Shown piece after piece: positions 45,720-60,809 of a stretch of DNA of 64,000 nt. The translations under genes and the position numbers were made by a program. Source of the stretch: Eledone cirrhosa (lineage: Eukaryota); assembly GCA_964016885.1 (NCBI GenBank), contig OZ024742.1, positions 132,432,001 through 132,496,000 on the forward strand, in the 5' to 3' direction. Position 1 is the stretch's first letter, and each line of letters starts with the position of its first letter. A model generated the notes under the pieces. That model had not been told where the DNA came from and searched no databases. It saw nothing but the letters and a program-made list of their open reading frames with translations.

Positions 45720-46236
45720 TTAAAAAAAGGGAAAATAAGGACTTCACTTGTAGTTCTAAGCAATTTAATTTAATTTTATTTTATATTATCAGATTTTTAC
45801 AATTTACTTTCGTACATCTAGTAAGTTCTTTGTTAACTTCGGTGCGGAGATTTTTTAAAGATTCCTGGAACCAGCAGTGGGGCATTTACAATTCCTTTCT
45901 AAAACACTCCTTAAACACTCCAACATCTCCCAACTCCACTCCCAATCAATTATCTTGCTCTTACCATTCACTATTTTCTAGCATTAATTCCTTTAAATCT
46001 TCACCAACACTCCTTCATCCCATGCGCATTAACAGCCTCTGACACACCCAAATCTCTTATATATAGAGTCACATATCACAACACAACCTGAGGTCAGTAT
46101 GGCCATCGCCACCGACGAATGCTCCCACCGAATTTAATAAAGAACTTACTAGATCTACAAAACCAAATTGTAAAATTATAATATTATAAAATTAAATTAA
46201 ATTGTTTAGAACTACTAGTGAAATCATTCTTTACCT

Positions 46237-46245
<9 letters not shown>
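45720..46245. repeat. Old inverted repeat, about 125-bp arms and about 280-bp spacer
   Basis: 45722-45850 versus 46121-46243 (ctagtaagttcttt / aaagaacttactag). Confidence 0.7.
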
Positions 46246-46291
<46 letters not shown>

Positions 46292-46380
46292 AGTTATATT
46301 TAATTTGTTGGGTTAAAAACAAGCAGATATTTTTATAACTGATATAAAGCACTCAACAAATTTTTGGAGTAAAAATACGA

Positions 46381-46740
46381 TATATTAATAAATGGAAACT
46401 ATATTTATAAAACCCTATTTATTTCATTATACATATTTCAAGGACACCAAGGCAAATTATCGTGCGCTTTCATCAGATAAAATATAATATAGATCAGTTT
46501 TATAAACAAATATTGACATACCCTTAAAAGAATGCGACCATGTCTGTTGGAACAGACTATCCAGGTGCTTCCATCAGACATTGTCGCATTCTTTTAAGGG
46601 TATGTCAATATTTGTTTAAAAAACTGATCTATATTATATGTTATCTGATGAAAGCGCACCATACTTTGCTTTGGTGTCCTTGAAATATGTATAATGAAAT
46701 AAATAAGGTTTTATAAATATAGTTTCCATTTATTAATATA
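46381..46740. mobile_element. Head-to-head pair of a family A relative; HHRs at about 46420-46485 (-) and 46638-46700 (+)
   Basis: About 165-bp arms. TTAT-CTGATGA-AAGCGCACCA..TGGTGTCCTT-GAAA-TATGTA-TA-ATGAAATA. Confidence 0.85.
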
Positions 46741-46741
46741 T

Positions 46742-46796
<55 letters not shown>

Positions 46797-47067
46797 AGAC
46801 ATGTTGTGTGTGTGTAAATAGGCATCTCTGTGTGTAGATATACATATACATACACACACACACATACAGGCATACATTCATACAAACAGAACTACAGACA
46901 CATTTATATTATTTATATACCAACTTTTTTGTTCCTCAAGAGAATTTCTTTCCATCATATATTATGAATATAATATAATATTAATATGAACATATATTTC
47001 AGAATATAGTGGATATGTAACCAATCTTTATTCACATTTCTTCCTCTCCGTCTCTCTCTTTCTCTCT

Positions 47068-47154
<87 letters not shown>

Positions 47155-47184
47155 CCTCTCTCTCTCTCTCTGTCTCTCTCTCTC

Positions 47185-47234
<50 letters not shown>

Positions 47235-47259
47235 TATAGATATACACACATATATATAT

Positions 47260-47326
<67 letters not shown>

Positions 47327-47331
47327 CACAT

Positions 47332-47396
<65 letters not shown>

Positions 47397-47401
47397 CACA
47401 T

Positions 47402-47450
<49 letters not shown>

Positions 47451-47454
47451 TATA

Positions 47455-47554
<100 letters not shown>

Positions 47555-47996
47555 TTTATTCTGCTTCTGCATAATTGATTGATATTCTCTTGAGAAGTGT
47601 TAAAGGAAATTTGCTAAGTTCAGCCGCATAAAATCTACCAATAAAAACCATTTACCACTATATATAGCTTTCAGGGTAGTGAGCAGCACAGGGACAAATC
47701 TTTCGTTTAATGTTATTGCTAGACAGACACCTGTCTCATTTATTTTACACATTCTTTTTCTCGTTTGTTTCGGCTGATTGAAGCTACACAATTTAAACAT
47801 AAATATCCTTGTCACCTTTCCGACTACCTAGCTGTCTAAGTTTATGTCTATCGATCTATCGATCATATCCCACAAATAACCCTCTATATATCCATTTACG
47901 TATCATTTTATCTATGAATCTACGTCTGTGTATCATTAAGGTTTATGTATCGCTACATATATCTGTAAATTGTTTTTATTCATGTACGCACGAATT

Positions 47997-48478
47997 TATG
48001 TATGTATGTATGTATGTATGTATGTATGTATGTATGTTTGTATGTATGTATGTATGTATGTATGTATGCATGTGTGTATGTATGTATGTATGTATGTGTG
48101 TATGTATGTATGTATGTATGTGTGTATGTATGTATGTATGTGTGTATGTATGTATGTGTGTATGTATGTGTGTATGTATGTGTGTATGTTTGCATGTATG
48201 TATGTATGCGTGTATGTATGTATGCATGTGTGTATGTATGTTGTGTATATATGTATGCATGTGTGTATGTATGTATGTATGTATGTGTGTGTGTATGTAT
48301 GTATGTATGCATGTATGTGTGTATGTATGTGTGTATGTATGTGTGTATGTTTGCATGTATGTATCTATGTATGTGTGTATGTATGTGTGTATGTATGTGT
48401 GTATGTATGTATGCATGTGTGTATGTATGTATGTATGTGTTTATGTATGTATTTATGTTTGTATGTATGTGTGTATGT
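47997..48478. repeat. Degenerate (GTAT)n/(GT)n microsatellite
   Basis: Directly visible. Confidence 0.95.
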
Positions 48479-48484
48479 TCTGTG

Positions 48485-48996
48485 TTCGCCGAGGTTAACT
48501 TTACCTTTCATCCTTACGAGGTGAAGAAAATAGAGTACCAGTAATGTACTGAGCATTTGTTTGGCCTTGTTCCAAAAGTAGAAACAATTATTCTATAATG
48601 GGGCGCTGGATCGGTAGTATCAGTAGAGGGTCGGATGCCATGCTTTGACGCATAGAGTTACTGCCCTTGCCATTCTGAGTTCAAATCCCGCTGAGGTTAA
48701 CTTTGCCTTTCATCCTTACGAGGTCGATCAAGTAAAGTACCAGTAACGTACTGGGATAATTGCTGGCCTTGTTCCAAAAGTAGAAATGATTATATTATAA
48801 TGGGGCGGTGGATTGGCAGTATCGGTAGAGGGTCGGATGCCATGCTTTGACGCATAGAGTTACGGCCCTTGCCATTCTGAGTTCAAATCCCGCTGAGGTC
48901 AACTTTGCCTTTCATCCTTATGGGGTCGTTAAAATAAAGCACCAGTAATACACTGGTTGATTGCTGGCCTTGTGCCAAAAGTAGAAACAATTATTT
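48485..48996 (+). mobile_element. Three head-to-tail SINE copies (one partial, two full)
   Basis: Units at about 48485-48595, 48598-48795 and 48800-48996, joined by attat..tataatggggc. Confidence 0.87.
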
Positions 48997-49131
48997 TATA
49001 TATTTTCACCAATAGAGGGGCGAATCCTAACATACATTCCAGATTATTTCAATGGAATTTAGACAACATTAACTAGGTAAAAATGCACGTATGCCTGCTT
49101 GTGTGCATGTGTTTGCATGAGTGTTAATGTT

Positions 49132-49207
<76 letters not shown>

Positions 49208-49909
49208 CGTGTATCTGTGTGCGTGTGTGAATGAGTAAGTGTGTGTGTGTGCGTATGTCTGTGTGTGTGTGTGTGTGTGTGCAGGTATGGATGTTATTGT
49301 ATGTGTGGATCTGTATGTTGTGAATTATATGTGTATACGTGAATTATATATGTAGTTATTACATGCATACATTTTGGAATGTATTACATATTTTTAGAGT
49401 TCCATTAATAGATTGTATTTGTAACTTCCTAATTAGTCATGTTATTTCCGGTTCTGTGAAGTCCACCTTCTCAAGATTTGTACTGAGGCAGTTAGTAACA
49501 TATCCCAGAGTCCAATGAAAACAGGTATACATCTGAAGGCATAACCACTGTGGAGTATCTGCAGATTCCTCATTTATTCAGTATAAATGTTCTACATTAA
49601 TATTATATTGGTATCTGTTGTGTCTCCCTTCTTTACCCTGTCCCATATCTCCATATTTGTCTTTTTCCTTGCATTTTATTTGGGTTTTAACTGGAACATT
49701 ACACCAGTACATTTTATATTATCTATGTATATGTCTTCCATATTGCAATACATTTTTGTATGTTTACTGTCAGGCGTATCCTTCCTGTGGATTGGATTGT
49801 ATAGTGTCTTGGCCACTACCTCATGCCGCATATTATATTATATTATATATATATATATTATATTATATTATATTATATTATATATATATTATATTATATA
49901 TATATATAT

Positions 49910-49952
<43 letters not shown>

Positions 49953-49981
49953 TATATAATATTATATATTATATATTATAT

Positions 49982-50024
<43 letters not shown>

Positions 50025-50299
50025 TATATATATATAAATAATATAATATAGAGAGGAGAGAACACACGAAAAAAATGTGTTTTCATTACAGGGTTATATT
50101 ACCACTAGAGTGAAAAACATAAAAATTAGTGAGACTCACAGCAAATACACTACAATCGAAAAGATTAATTAAAATAGAAAACATACCTTCATAACTACGA
50201 CACCTGTACAGTCCCAAGGGAGGATTGTCTCACTAAATAGTGTAAGAATCATATTTTCCATAGAACATCACCAGCTGTTTCAGAAAATATGTCATATAC

Positions 50300-50352
<53 letters not shown>

Positions 50353-50737
50353 TTGAGGACCGAATAAATTAACTGATATAAAAGATACAGAAGCGAAAAC
50401 CAACCAAACAGTGATTGTGTTATGTTATTAATTCTGGCAATATTATTACAATATATATTATATATATATATATTATTACAATATATATATACATTCCACC
50501 CGCCACCACCCCTACACACCCCACACCCTTCCACCACCTGTTTTACCCCCCTTTTAATTTCAGTTTATTTTGATCATGCTTTTATATTTAAATTTATTTC
50601 ATTCCTTGTATTTTGATCATGCTTTATTTTTATTTTTATCTTTATTTTTTCATTTTTTCATTCGCACCGTTTCCTTTCGCTATATGTCTCTCCACCACTC
50701 CCCTACACACCCTTTGAAATCTGTTCCCACACACTTC

Positions 50738-50772
50738 TCACCTGAGGAAGGGCTTATGCCCGAAACGTCGTC
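50738..50772 (+). ncRNA. Minimal hammerhead motif, PLE type
   Basis: AC-CTGAGGA-A-GGGC-TTAT-GCCC-GAAA-CG-TC-GT. Stem I is reduced to 2 bp. Confidence 0.65.
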
Positions 50773-50858
50773 CCCCACCAACACCCACTCTCCAGAGCGT
50801 GAAATTAATAAACATTCGCTGTACTGCCTCTCTGTTTTCTCCCTGTTCAAATGTTTCC

Positions 50859-50907
<49 letters not shown>

Positions 50908-51049
50908 AACAAGGGGAGAAGAATACTGCATGGTTGCACATGGATTACATATTATAAAATTAATCCCTCATCAGTGATTTGCCAACCATCATTGGTATTT
51001 CATCGCATTAAAATTCAGATACCTCAGGTTGGTATATATATATATATAA

Positions 51050-51402
51050 ATAGAACGAAATATCTGTTGATAAACTGAATCCTCCGTTCGATCACCAATA
51101 CCATGAGCTTGCCATGCACGTAAGTCTGATATTTGATTTCGGATTCAAAGAAAAACTTTAAACGATTGTTCGTTTGATTTGTCCAGGTGTACTTTTCTCA
51201 ACCTGATTAGTTCTATCGTTACTTTGGTATATATTGTGTGTTAGTTTCGCCTGCCACAATGTTCGATTTGTCAAGCTATTTAAACGTATGTTATTACTCT
51301 GAGGTCCTATCTTATCGTGTGATTTGCTAACTCATCATTTCATATAAGTAGTCCGAATCTACTTGCAAACCGCCAGAGATTCGATTTTACTGATTTCCAA
51401 TT
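51050..51402 (+). repeat. Dispersed repeat, second copy at 57928-58272
   Basis: Shared gtaagtctgatatttgatttcgga...gccagagattcgattttactgatt.ccaatta, ending at (TA)n. Confidence 0.85.
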
Positions 51403-51433
51403 ATATATATATATATACATATATATATACGTA

Positions 51434-51492
<59 letters not shown>

Positions 51493-51945
51493 GCTCACAT
51501 ACATGTATATATATATATATATTTACTTATTTATGCTTATGTTTGTAGGTTTCGTAACATACGTTACTATAGGGATAACACTAGTCCATACACTATCAAA
51601 AATATCATTTGTGTGTTTGCATTAGTTTTGTCACATACGCGAGTGATGCATGTGAGATTCCTTTTGTGTGTGATGAAGTGTTGGGACCGTTTTGGCGTCG
51701 ATTACTTTGTTCCATTTATTCCGACAACCGTTCTTATAGTGTTCTCCTTCCTCTTGATTTCCTCTATTAGTCTTCATCCTACGTCTGTTTGATGAGGTAT
51801 ATTAACGACAGACACAATGCCTTATGGATTTACGTAGGTCTCCTGTGTCATTGTGTACCAGTATATATCCACACACACACATATATATATATATACACAC
51901 ACTGACACCCTCCCCCACAAACATACACACATATATATATATATA

Positions 51946-52194
<249 letters not shown>

Positions 52195-53512
52195 ATTGGT
52201 TATATATGGATATATATATAACCAAGTGGTTTGGAGGCCATATTAGGTGGGTTCGAATGTAAAAACGTATTTCAATAAAGTAGTGGGGTTAATTAATTTC
52301 ATTGCCCCGAGCTGAGCAAATTTCTAGCCTTTGGTTACAGCTGAAAATCAATATAAGCAAACAAAACCATAATTTATCGGAGAATTCGTTAGTAAATACT
52401 TCTGTATACACAATATATTAAATGTAAGAATTGATTGGAAAACCCGCCGCATAATATATAATAGAAATGTTACTAATTGAATAAGTGAAATTTTCTGCAA
52501 AGTATTATAATAGGAAATATTCATGAAAAAATATAAAATGTTATTTATAATGATGTCTAGCATTGTTGAACGAGTATCAATATTGGGAAAAAATGTGTAA
52601 TCAATTAATCGATGAAAATATTTGAATGATTTTATTTAATCGATTATTGAAAGAAAAATTGAATCCGAGCCGGATTTGAAAATATATTTGAGTTAAATAA
52701 GAATTATATAAAATGTTGCCCTTCATTCATACGAATTACTTCTGTCAAAACCCAGAGACTAGCCTCGGTATACAGCCGTAATTTCACTTCAAACTGTGAA
52801 TGAATGAAAAACAAATCCCATACTTTCTATATATATAGTCTGCTAAGGTAAGAAGCTCGAGAATACGAATAATCTTGTTGCTTTATGTAGATAGATTTTG
52901 GAAGATGTTAGAATTTATCTGGCACAATTTTCTCGACATTTGAAAAGTGGGTAGTAAACTCGATTGATTTAGAAGCCAAATGAACATAGATGTACATCTG
53001 GGAGCGGTGACTATTCTCAGAAACTAACGTCAAAAGAGTAATTAAAGAGCTCAAATTTGGCAAGGGCCCTGGAGAAGATAGATTCCGTTCCGATATTTTA
53101 AAGGCCTTAAATAAAAAAGATAATCTCTGGCAGACGCGTAAGTGACGTGTGGACTGGATCAATGGAAAGACAGGCACCTAAGCAATGGCAATTGGGAGTG
53201 ATAATCCACATTTTCAAGACATGAGAAAAGTGTGATTTTTCCAATTACAGAAATATTTCCTTGTCAGGCATCCTCGGTAAAGTCTATACTACCTGTCTAG
53301 CAAAGAGATGTAAGAAAAGTGTTGAGTATTTCTGTACTGATAAATGATGCTAAATCGAAACAATTAAATGTTGGAGTCAGACTCCAAGGAGGGCATGTAC
53401 TGTCACCTCTTTTGTTCATTATTTTCATGCGCAGCCTAATTAGAAGTGGTATCACGACTGGTGAGTGTAGAATCAGCCGGCTGGAATTTGTCGACATTAT
53501 ATTAATCAACTC

Positions 53513-53905
53513 AAGGCGGTGGATCAGCAGTATCGGTAGAGAGTCGGGCGCCATGCTTTCCAGCATAGTTACGTCCATTTACGGTCTGAGTTCAAATCCC
53601 GCCGAGGTTCACTTTGCCTTTCATCCTTACGAGGTCGATAAAATAAAGTACCAGTAATGTACTGGGTAATTGCTGGCTTTGTGCCAAAAATAGAAACAAT
53701 TATATTAATCAACTCCGTGGATTGGCAGTATCCTTAGAGGGTCTGACGCCATGCTTAGCAGCAAAGAGTTACGGCCCTTTGTGGTCTGACTTCAAATCCC
53801 GCCGAGGTTAACTTTGCCTTTCGTCCTTACGGGGTCGATAAAATAAAGCACCAGTAATACACAGGAGTAATTGCTGGCCTTGTGCCATATGTAGAAACAA
53901 TTATA
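53513..53905 (+). mobile_element. Two tandem SINE copies inside the RTE
   Basis: 53513-53700 and 53716-53902. attatattaatcaactc occurs at 53496, 53699 and 53900. Confidence 0.88.
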
Positions 53906-54234
53906 TTAATCAACTCGACCAAATGTGAGCTCCAACTTGCACCTGATGGGTTTAATGCTTGTGATGCATAGATGGCAAGTAAATCAGTGCTGCGAAAAAT
54001 GAGACACCTCCTCCTATCAATAAAACATGTGACTGAAGTTCCACTGAAGCAAATGGAGATGTTTATATATCTAGGGATCGTGTTCACAAGTGATAGAAGG
54101 CAGGAGGCTGAATGAAGTGCAAGAATTGCGGAATCTTGTGCAGTAATGCGCCAGCTTCAGCATCCAATATTCAGAAGGGATGTCGGTGTAAAAGCCAAAC
54201 TCACTATCTTCAATTTGGTATTCATGCCAACCCA

Positions 54235-54614
54235 TGTAACGTTGGATGAAATAACACGAATAGCTGGTTTCGTTTTGATAATAAAAGATTTACTTAACAT
54301 CACTTCATAAATGAACAAAGAACAGGTTATTAAGAATTACAACGGTTGAAGGTGTTTTTGGTGTTGCTTCATGATGCGGGTGTATTCTGAGACGAGGAGA
54401 AAGAGTAAAAGTCTGTGGTTGTCTGTAGATTCCAGTGGCCTGTAGTTATAGGTATATGTTTTATATAGCTATTCTCTGGGGTACGGCTCCGATCTCTTTG
54501 TGTTAGAAGTGGGATGATACACGCACGAACTTGTTTACGCCGAAAAGGATGGTGACCTAGAATTTGACATTTAGGTGTCACCCAGGTTTCAAGGCGTGGA
54601 CAGATTTCGCTACA
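54235..54614 (-). mobile_element. Probable solo LTR (380 bp)
   Basis: Termini TGTAAC...GCTACA with flanks CCCA/CCCC. Splits the RTE motif PT|L.Y..SWVM. TATATAAAA on the - strand near 54460. Confidence 0.7.
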
Positions 54615-55572
54615 CCCCTAAGTATGTTCATAAATCTTGGGTAATGCAACTGACAAAATGTATGGATGTGTATGTGCATATGCATACATATATGTATATA
54701 TACAGTTGACTGTGCATGCATGCATATATGCAGACATGTCAATGTGCATGTACATGTGTGTGCTTGTATGTGTGCACACATGTTTGTACGTGTAAATGAA
54801 GAATGTACATGTGCCTGTGTGTGCATACTTTACACACTCTTTCAACCTACTCATTTACATTCTCTCTAAATCTTTACTTTATCCCATACCTTTCAATAAA
54901 GTAATAATTGATTCATTTATTCCTGCCTTTCTATGTAGAACCTTCTACAAAAACCAGTATACTTTTTTGTTCTGATCTCTATGCAGTATGCAAACACATT
55001 GTACATACTTCGTATCACTGGTTACCAAAACATATTAACTATTTTTATATTTTACCTGATCTTATTCGATCCTATTTACTAATTTATTTCACCATTTACT
55101 CATTTACTTTTATATGACCTTTGATTTGTTGATTTTATTATTTTCTTAAAAATACTCCATCGGCTTCTACACCCTCTCTATAAATAGCCTTACCCCTCAT
55201 CGCCTCTACTCCCTATTCCTATGACCATTATGCCTCATCTCCTTGTGTTCTACGCTTAGCCACTATTCACCTTCCTACCTTCTGCTGATCCCCTGCCTGT
55301 CCTGTTACATTTAACATCCGCCCGCCAGGTTCTCCATCAGACCAGTTTATTACAATGATAAATTCAACCAAAGCACAACCAAAACTAGTGACCTATTTTC
55401 TCATGCCCTACAAATATTGCAAAACCCTTAAAAAAGCCTGCTTACACACAGCCAAAACTGCTTGGCGTCACGGTCAGGATTTTACATCTCCCCAGGCATT
55501 GAGTACTCCCATGTTTACAGTTCTCCCCGGTGTCAACCCCGCTGTCTAGCTACATATATACACGCAGAGACA

Positions 55573-55658
<86 letters not shown>

Positions 55659-55709
55659 ATATATATATATATGTATTTATATATATATACATATATGCTT
55701 ATATATAAA

Positions 55710-55751
<42 letters not shown>

Positions 55752-55776
55752 GAACATATATATATATATATACATT

Positions 55777-55916
<140 letters not shown>

Positions 55917-56305
55917 TATATTCATTAGTTAAGCAAAACAAGACCACAAACTTCACAAGGAAGACATTATTAAAAGAGTGTCAACATATTTTAGTTTGAT
56001 GTAAGGAATGTAGAGAATAATAATAATATTAATAATAATAATGTCCGTTTACAATTGTTTCGCTACTCCATATAAAATTTCTGGATCAGATGACTATATA
56101 TCATAATTGATCTGGTTCAGTTGAAATTAATTAACATATTTAAAAAACAGAACCCAGCCACCTAGCTGCTTTCTACTGCATATTGTACATTGAGCACATG
56201 CCTCTACGTTTCGGCTTCTAACTAACTCACCAATCTCTCCTCTCATATCTCCTCTACTATCTCCATCTCTCTCTTTAAGATTGGTTACTCTTGAACTGTT
56301 TATAC

Positions 56306-56338
<33 letters not shown>

Positions 56339-56394
56339 GATAGATATAGATATAGATATATAGGTCGATATATATATATATATATAGGAAGAGA

Positions 56395-56545
56395 GGTAGA
56401 TAGGAAAAAGTTAGGTCCGGCTGTCGAAACGGCCGGAGCTCAGCCGTCGGGGTCCTGTCTATTATCTTATTACCCACTCTACTACCCTAAGTATCGAGTA
56501 ATCTGGGGCGTTATGATCCACTTGGTTTATTACCACACTTTCTTT
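56395..56545 (+). repeat. Homologue of the 3878-4071 element
   Basis: gtcgaaacggc..gagctcagc.gtcggggtc...tattacccactctactacc...gcgttatg.tccac.tggtt. Confidence 0.8.
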
Positions 56546-56566
56546 ATTATATATATATGCATTATC

Positions 56567-56755
56567 GTGTGGATTGGCAGTATCGGTAGAGAGTCGGACA
56601 CCATGCTTTGAAGCATAGAGTTACGTCCCTTTATGATCTGAGTTCAAATCCCGCAGACGTTAACTTTGCCTTTCATCCTTACGGGGTCGATAAAATAAAG
56701 TACCAGTAATGTACTGGATAATTGCTGGCCTTGTACCTAAAATATAAACAATTAT
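56567..56755 (+). mobile_element. tRNA-type SINE (major family)
   Basis: Full-length match to 3473-3660. Confidence 0.85.
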
Positions 56756-57336
56756 ATACGTTATATATATATATATATATATATATTCGAATGTGTGTGT
56801 TAGCATGTGAGTATATGAGTCTGTGTATGCGAGTGCCTGTGTGAGCTTTCTTAATTTCGTTTATTAGTTTTATATATTGATCTACAGTCATGCAAGTGCA
56901 AGATGTATAGTAGATCTTATCTTTCTCAGAATTTTTTATTTTATAGTCCCGGTATCGATTTCTATAACTTGCGTCGCAACTCTATGGTTCGCTACTTGAA
57001 GATATTCGATGTATATGCAAACGTATGCAAAGTAAAGATACTGAGACACATATGTGTTCAAATCTCGCTCACTTAGCTTCGCCTTTCACACATAAAGGGT
57101 CGATAAAGTAAAGTACCAGTAAAGTACGTTGGTGAGTTTAATCGAGAGAACAAAAAAAGTGTAAGAGAAGAAGTGAGAAAAAGATAAATAGGAAGATTTC
57201 ACACAATTAGTAAACTGGTATTTGATTTATCCACTTCAAGATAATGCAAAGCAAAGCTGACTTTGTTAATTCTTGGAATCAGAATGCAGTTGGTTAGACC
57301 GAACACTGAGTTGGAATATATACATATATCTATCTT

Positions 57337-57460
<124 letters not shown>

Positions 57461-57837
57461 AATAAAAGTGTGTGTGTGTGTGTATATATATGTGTGTGTG
57501 TGTGTGTTAGGTGTGTAAATACAGTTGAAGGCGGTGTGCTGTTCAAAGCACTCGATCCTGTTAAGAGGTCCATTTCGTGTGGGTTATGCCAATAAAGTAT
57601 GTAAATGCCGCCACAGTGACTTCGATTCTACTTAACCTATCTATCAATCTATCCATGAATGTCTCTCTCTCTCTCTTTATCCCCCCCTCTCTCTCTCCAT
57701 CTAACTATCTATCTCTCTCTATATATATACACACATATTTATATATACATACATATATATATATATATAGTCACTTTGCCAATTTTGCCAATATAAATTC
57801 ACATCAAGCAACAACCTTGTTAAACCGATACATATAG

Positions 57838-57871
<34 letters not shown>

Positions 57872-57927
57872 GATACGATTAGCAGCCGTGAGAGCAGCAA
57901 CATATTTTATCACTCCCGATCCTAACC

Positions 57928-58267
57928 AGAACGAAAACCTGCTGATAAACTGGTTCCTCTGTTCAGTCACCAATACCATGAACTTGCCACTAAAGTAAGT
58001 CTGATATTTGATTTCGGAGTCAGAGAAACATTTCAAACGTTCGTCTGATCTGTCCAGGTCTATTTTTCTCAACCTGATTAGTTTCTTCGTTACTTTGGTA
58101 TGTATTGTGTGTTAGTTTAGCCTACCACAATGTCCGATTTGTCAAGCTATTTAAACGTATGTTATAACTCTGAGACCTATCTTATTGAGTGCTTCGCTAA
58201 CCCATCACTTCATATAAGTAGGCCGAATTACTTGCATAACGCCAGAGATTCGATTTTACTGATTCCC

Positions 58268-58272
<5 letters not shown>
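57928..58272 (+). repeat. Dispersed repeat matching 51050-51402
   Basis: See 51050. Confidence 0.85.
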
Positions 58273-58317
<45 letters not shown>

Positions 58318-58458
58318 TCAGGTTTGAGGTTCACCACTGTATAGAGCTGGTCTATTCCGTATGGTCAATCGTAATGCAATAATATAGAGAGTACTCAACG
58401 TAAAGCAGTTCAACCGTCTTTGTTTTTGTAGTTGGTGGTGCTATTACGGAGTTAAATA

Positions 58459-58929
58459 TTATAATGAAATGACAGGAGGCTGGATTTGTGTAAATCCTTG
58501 AAAGGTTTATTATACTATGATCATTTCAATGACCGGGTTCCGTATGAATCCGGTGATATCATCAGGTATTCGAAATATAATACGTGAATGTAATAGGTAT
58601 TCTTTCTTTTTTTACCTTGTGTCATGAGATCGACGTTAACTTATGCTCCCATCCCTTTCTGTTTTCGTTTATCTGACCGGTAGTAGCATACTATAAACTT
58701 TAGCCACGTCACTCCAGGGCGACCGGCTGAGGTTGAAGGAACAGAATAGCGGTCGCCCTCGGGTCTCGATTTTCAGCCCCATGGATTTTACCTATTACAT
58801 TCACGTATTATATTTCGAATACCTGATGATATCACCGGATTCATACGGAACCCGGTCATTGAAATGATCATAGTATAATAAACCTTTCAAGGATTTACAC
58901 AAATCCAGCCTCCTGTCATTTCATTATAA
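58459..58929. mobile_element. Head-to-head pair (family H), perfect 141-bp arms; HHRs at 58512-58569 (-) and 58819-58876 (+)
   Basis: ATAC-CTGATGA-TATCACCGG-ATTCATACGGAAC-CCGGTCATT-GAAA-TGATCA-TA-GTAT. Confidence 0.9.
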
Positions 58930-58932
58930 CAT

Positions 58933-58964
<32 letters not shown>

Positions 58965-60061
58965 ATATATATATAAATTCAGCGAGAATCGCATGTCGGC
59001 GGGTAGAAAAAGAGAAACGTAACGCAAATTCCGAGTCATGCTGGCAAGCGGTCCATGGGATAAAAAGACCAGAGCAATTAACATAGGTTATAAAGACCAG
59101 ACAAACTGAGAGAAGGCGATCAAGAACCCATTAACCACCTAAGCCAAAAAACAATTCAAGGTCAGACAAAATAAATGACATATTCATATATATATATATA
59201 TATATATCAAACCTGGACCCTTGGAATTGATGGTTTAATCTAGTACAGGGTTTATGCGACACTTAAATCAATAATAGTGTCTGCTTAAAACAATAAGCTT
59301 TTGGTACAATGATCGAACGAGGAATATCACATTATCAACAGGTATTTTGTTCTGTGCCAGTGTTGTGGATGTCACAGTGTTTTGTAAAAGCACATGTGTA
59401 ACTAACAGGAGAAAAACCGCAGATTTTGGCAATTGGATTCAGTGTGTGTAAATCCATGCAAAGAAATTTCATAAATGGCACAAATCGAATAAGCTCTCGA
59501 CCGGGTTACACTGGGAGATCCTAGCTTGGGCTAGATCGTATACGGAAATGAAAGACTATGTGACCTCTGCGCCGCTGAGGCCCTGGAAATACTCTACGCC
59601 ACAGACTACATCTTAAACAAAAATCTGAGGCAATTTCGTCTTGTAAACATAAACTTCACAAAACTGTCCTGTATTACAGCCCCACGTTATACCCTAACGG
59701 ATAGTACGATCTATACGTGGATATTTTACGTCTCGATGTGGGAGCTAAGTGTATGTTTTGTTTATACCTTCACTTATTTGCATAGGTAAGTATATATTAT
59801 CCGTATGTTTTGTGAAGGCACGTATACCTTCTCGTACGAATATTTGATTGTTATGGCGTATAATTTTTTTATATATTCTGGTACATATGGTTCGGCTATG
59901 TGTATAAGGGAGTTTTGCGTCTGTGTGAGTATGCAGGTTCGTACGTATGTAGGGCGTGTGTATATGTGTACTTCATGTTTTGCTTGACTTATGTCTCCGA
60001 ACATTCGTGTATTTACATGTAGGTATGTGTTATATACGTATTTATTTATTTATTTACGTAT

Positions 60062-60092
<31 letters not shown>

Positions 60093-60331
60093 CGTATTTA
60101 TTTATTTATTTATTTATTTATTATACGTTTATATAATTATTTATGTATTTGTATACACGCTTACACACACACATATTTATATCTGCATGGTTTTGTTTAC
60201 CTATGGTAAGTTTTTGCGTATGCTTGTGTATGTACGTTTTTGTTTGCGTGTATGTATTTATTTATTTCTATTACTTCTGTATTGTATTTATTTACTTTGT
60301 TCTTAACTCCGTAGCGGAGATTCATTCGGTC

Positions 60332-60618
60332 TCCTAGTTAGAATTTAGTCTACGACTTCTGCTATACCATTTACGTGGTTTTGTCTTTGCGTGCTATTGT
60401 TCTCCACGCTCCACATATGACGTATTATATTCGTTTTTTCCCGTTCTTAGCCAGCGAACGTTTCCACGAACAAAAGTATCGTCTTCCTGTCTTCCTCCGG
60501 TTGCAACGTTTTTTGAAATATCCACTTCTGCGTTTACAGATTGACTTTGTTAGTTTCAGACGATCCCGTTAAAGGTGAAAGCAGCGATTCTTTGCTTAAA
60601 CTTTAATTTGTTATTTTA

Positions 60619-60625
<7 letters not shown>
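60332..60625 (+). repeat. Family D repeat copy
   Basis: Matches 8380-8673. Core CAGACGA-TCCCGTTAAAGGT-GAAA. Confidence 0.85.
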
Positions 60626-60653
<28 letters not shown>

Positions 60654-60730
60654 GGGAGAGAGAGAGAGAGAGTGAGAGAGAGATAAATATATATAGAGAG
60701 AGGGGGAGAGAGAGAGAGAGAGAGAGATAG

Positions 60731-60809
<79 letters not shown>

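Larger units (their letters stand above)
52900..54650 (+). mobile_element. Decayed RTE-clade LINE interrupted by two SINEs and a solo LTR
   Basis: IKELKFGKGPGED, NYRNISL..ILGKVY, GVRLQGGHVLSPLLFIIFM, FIYLGIVFTSD, AKLTIFNLVFMPT. Resumes as YVHKSWVM after 54614. Confidence 0.85.
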
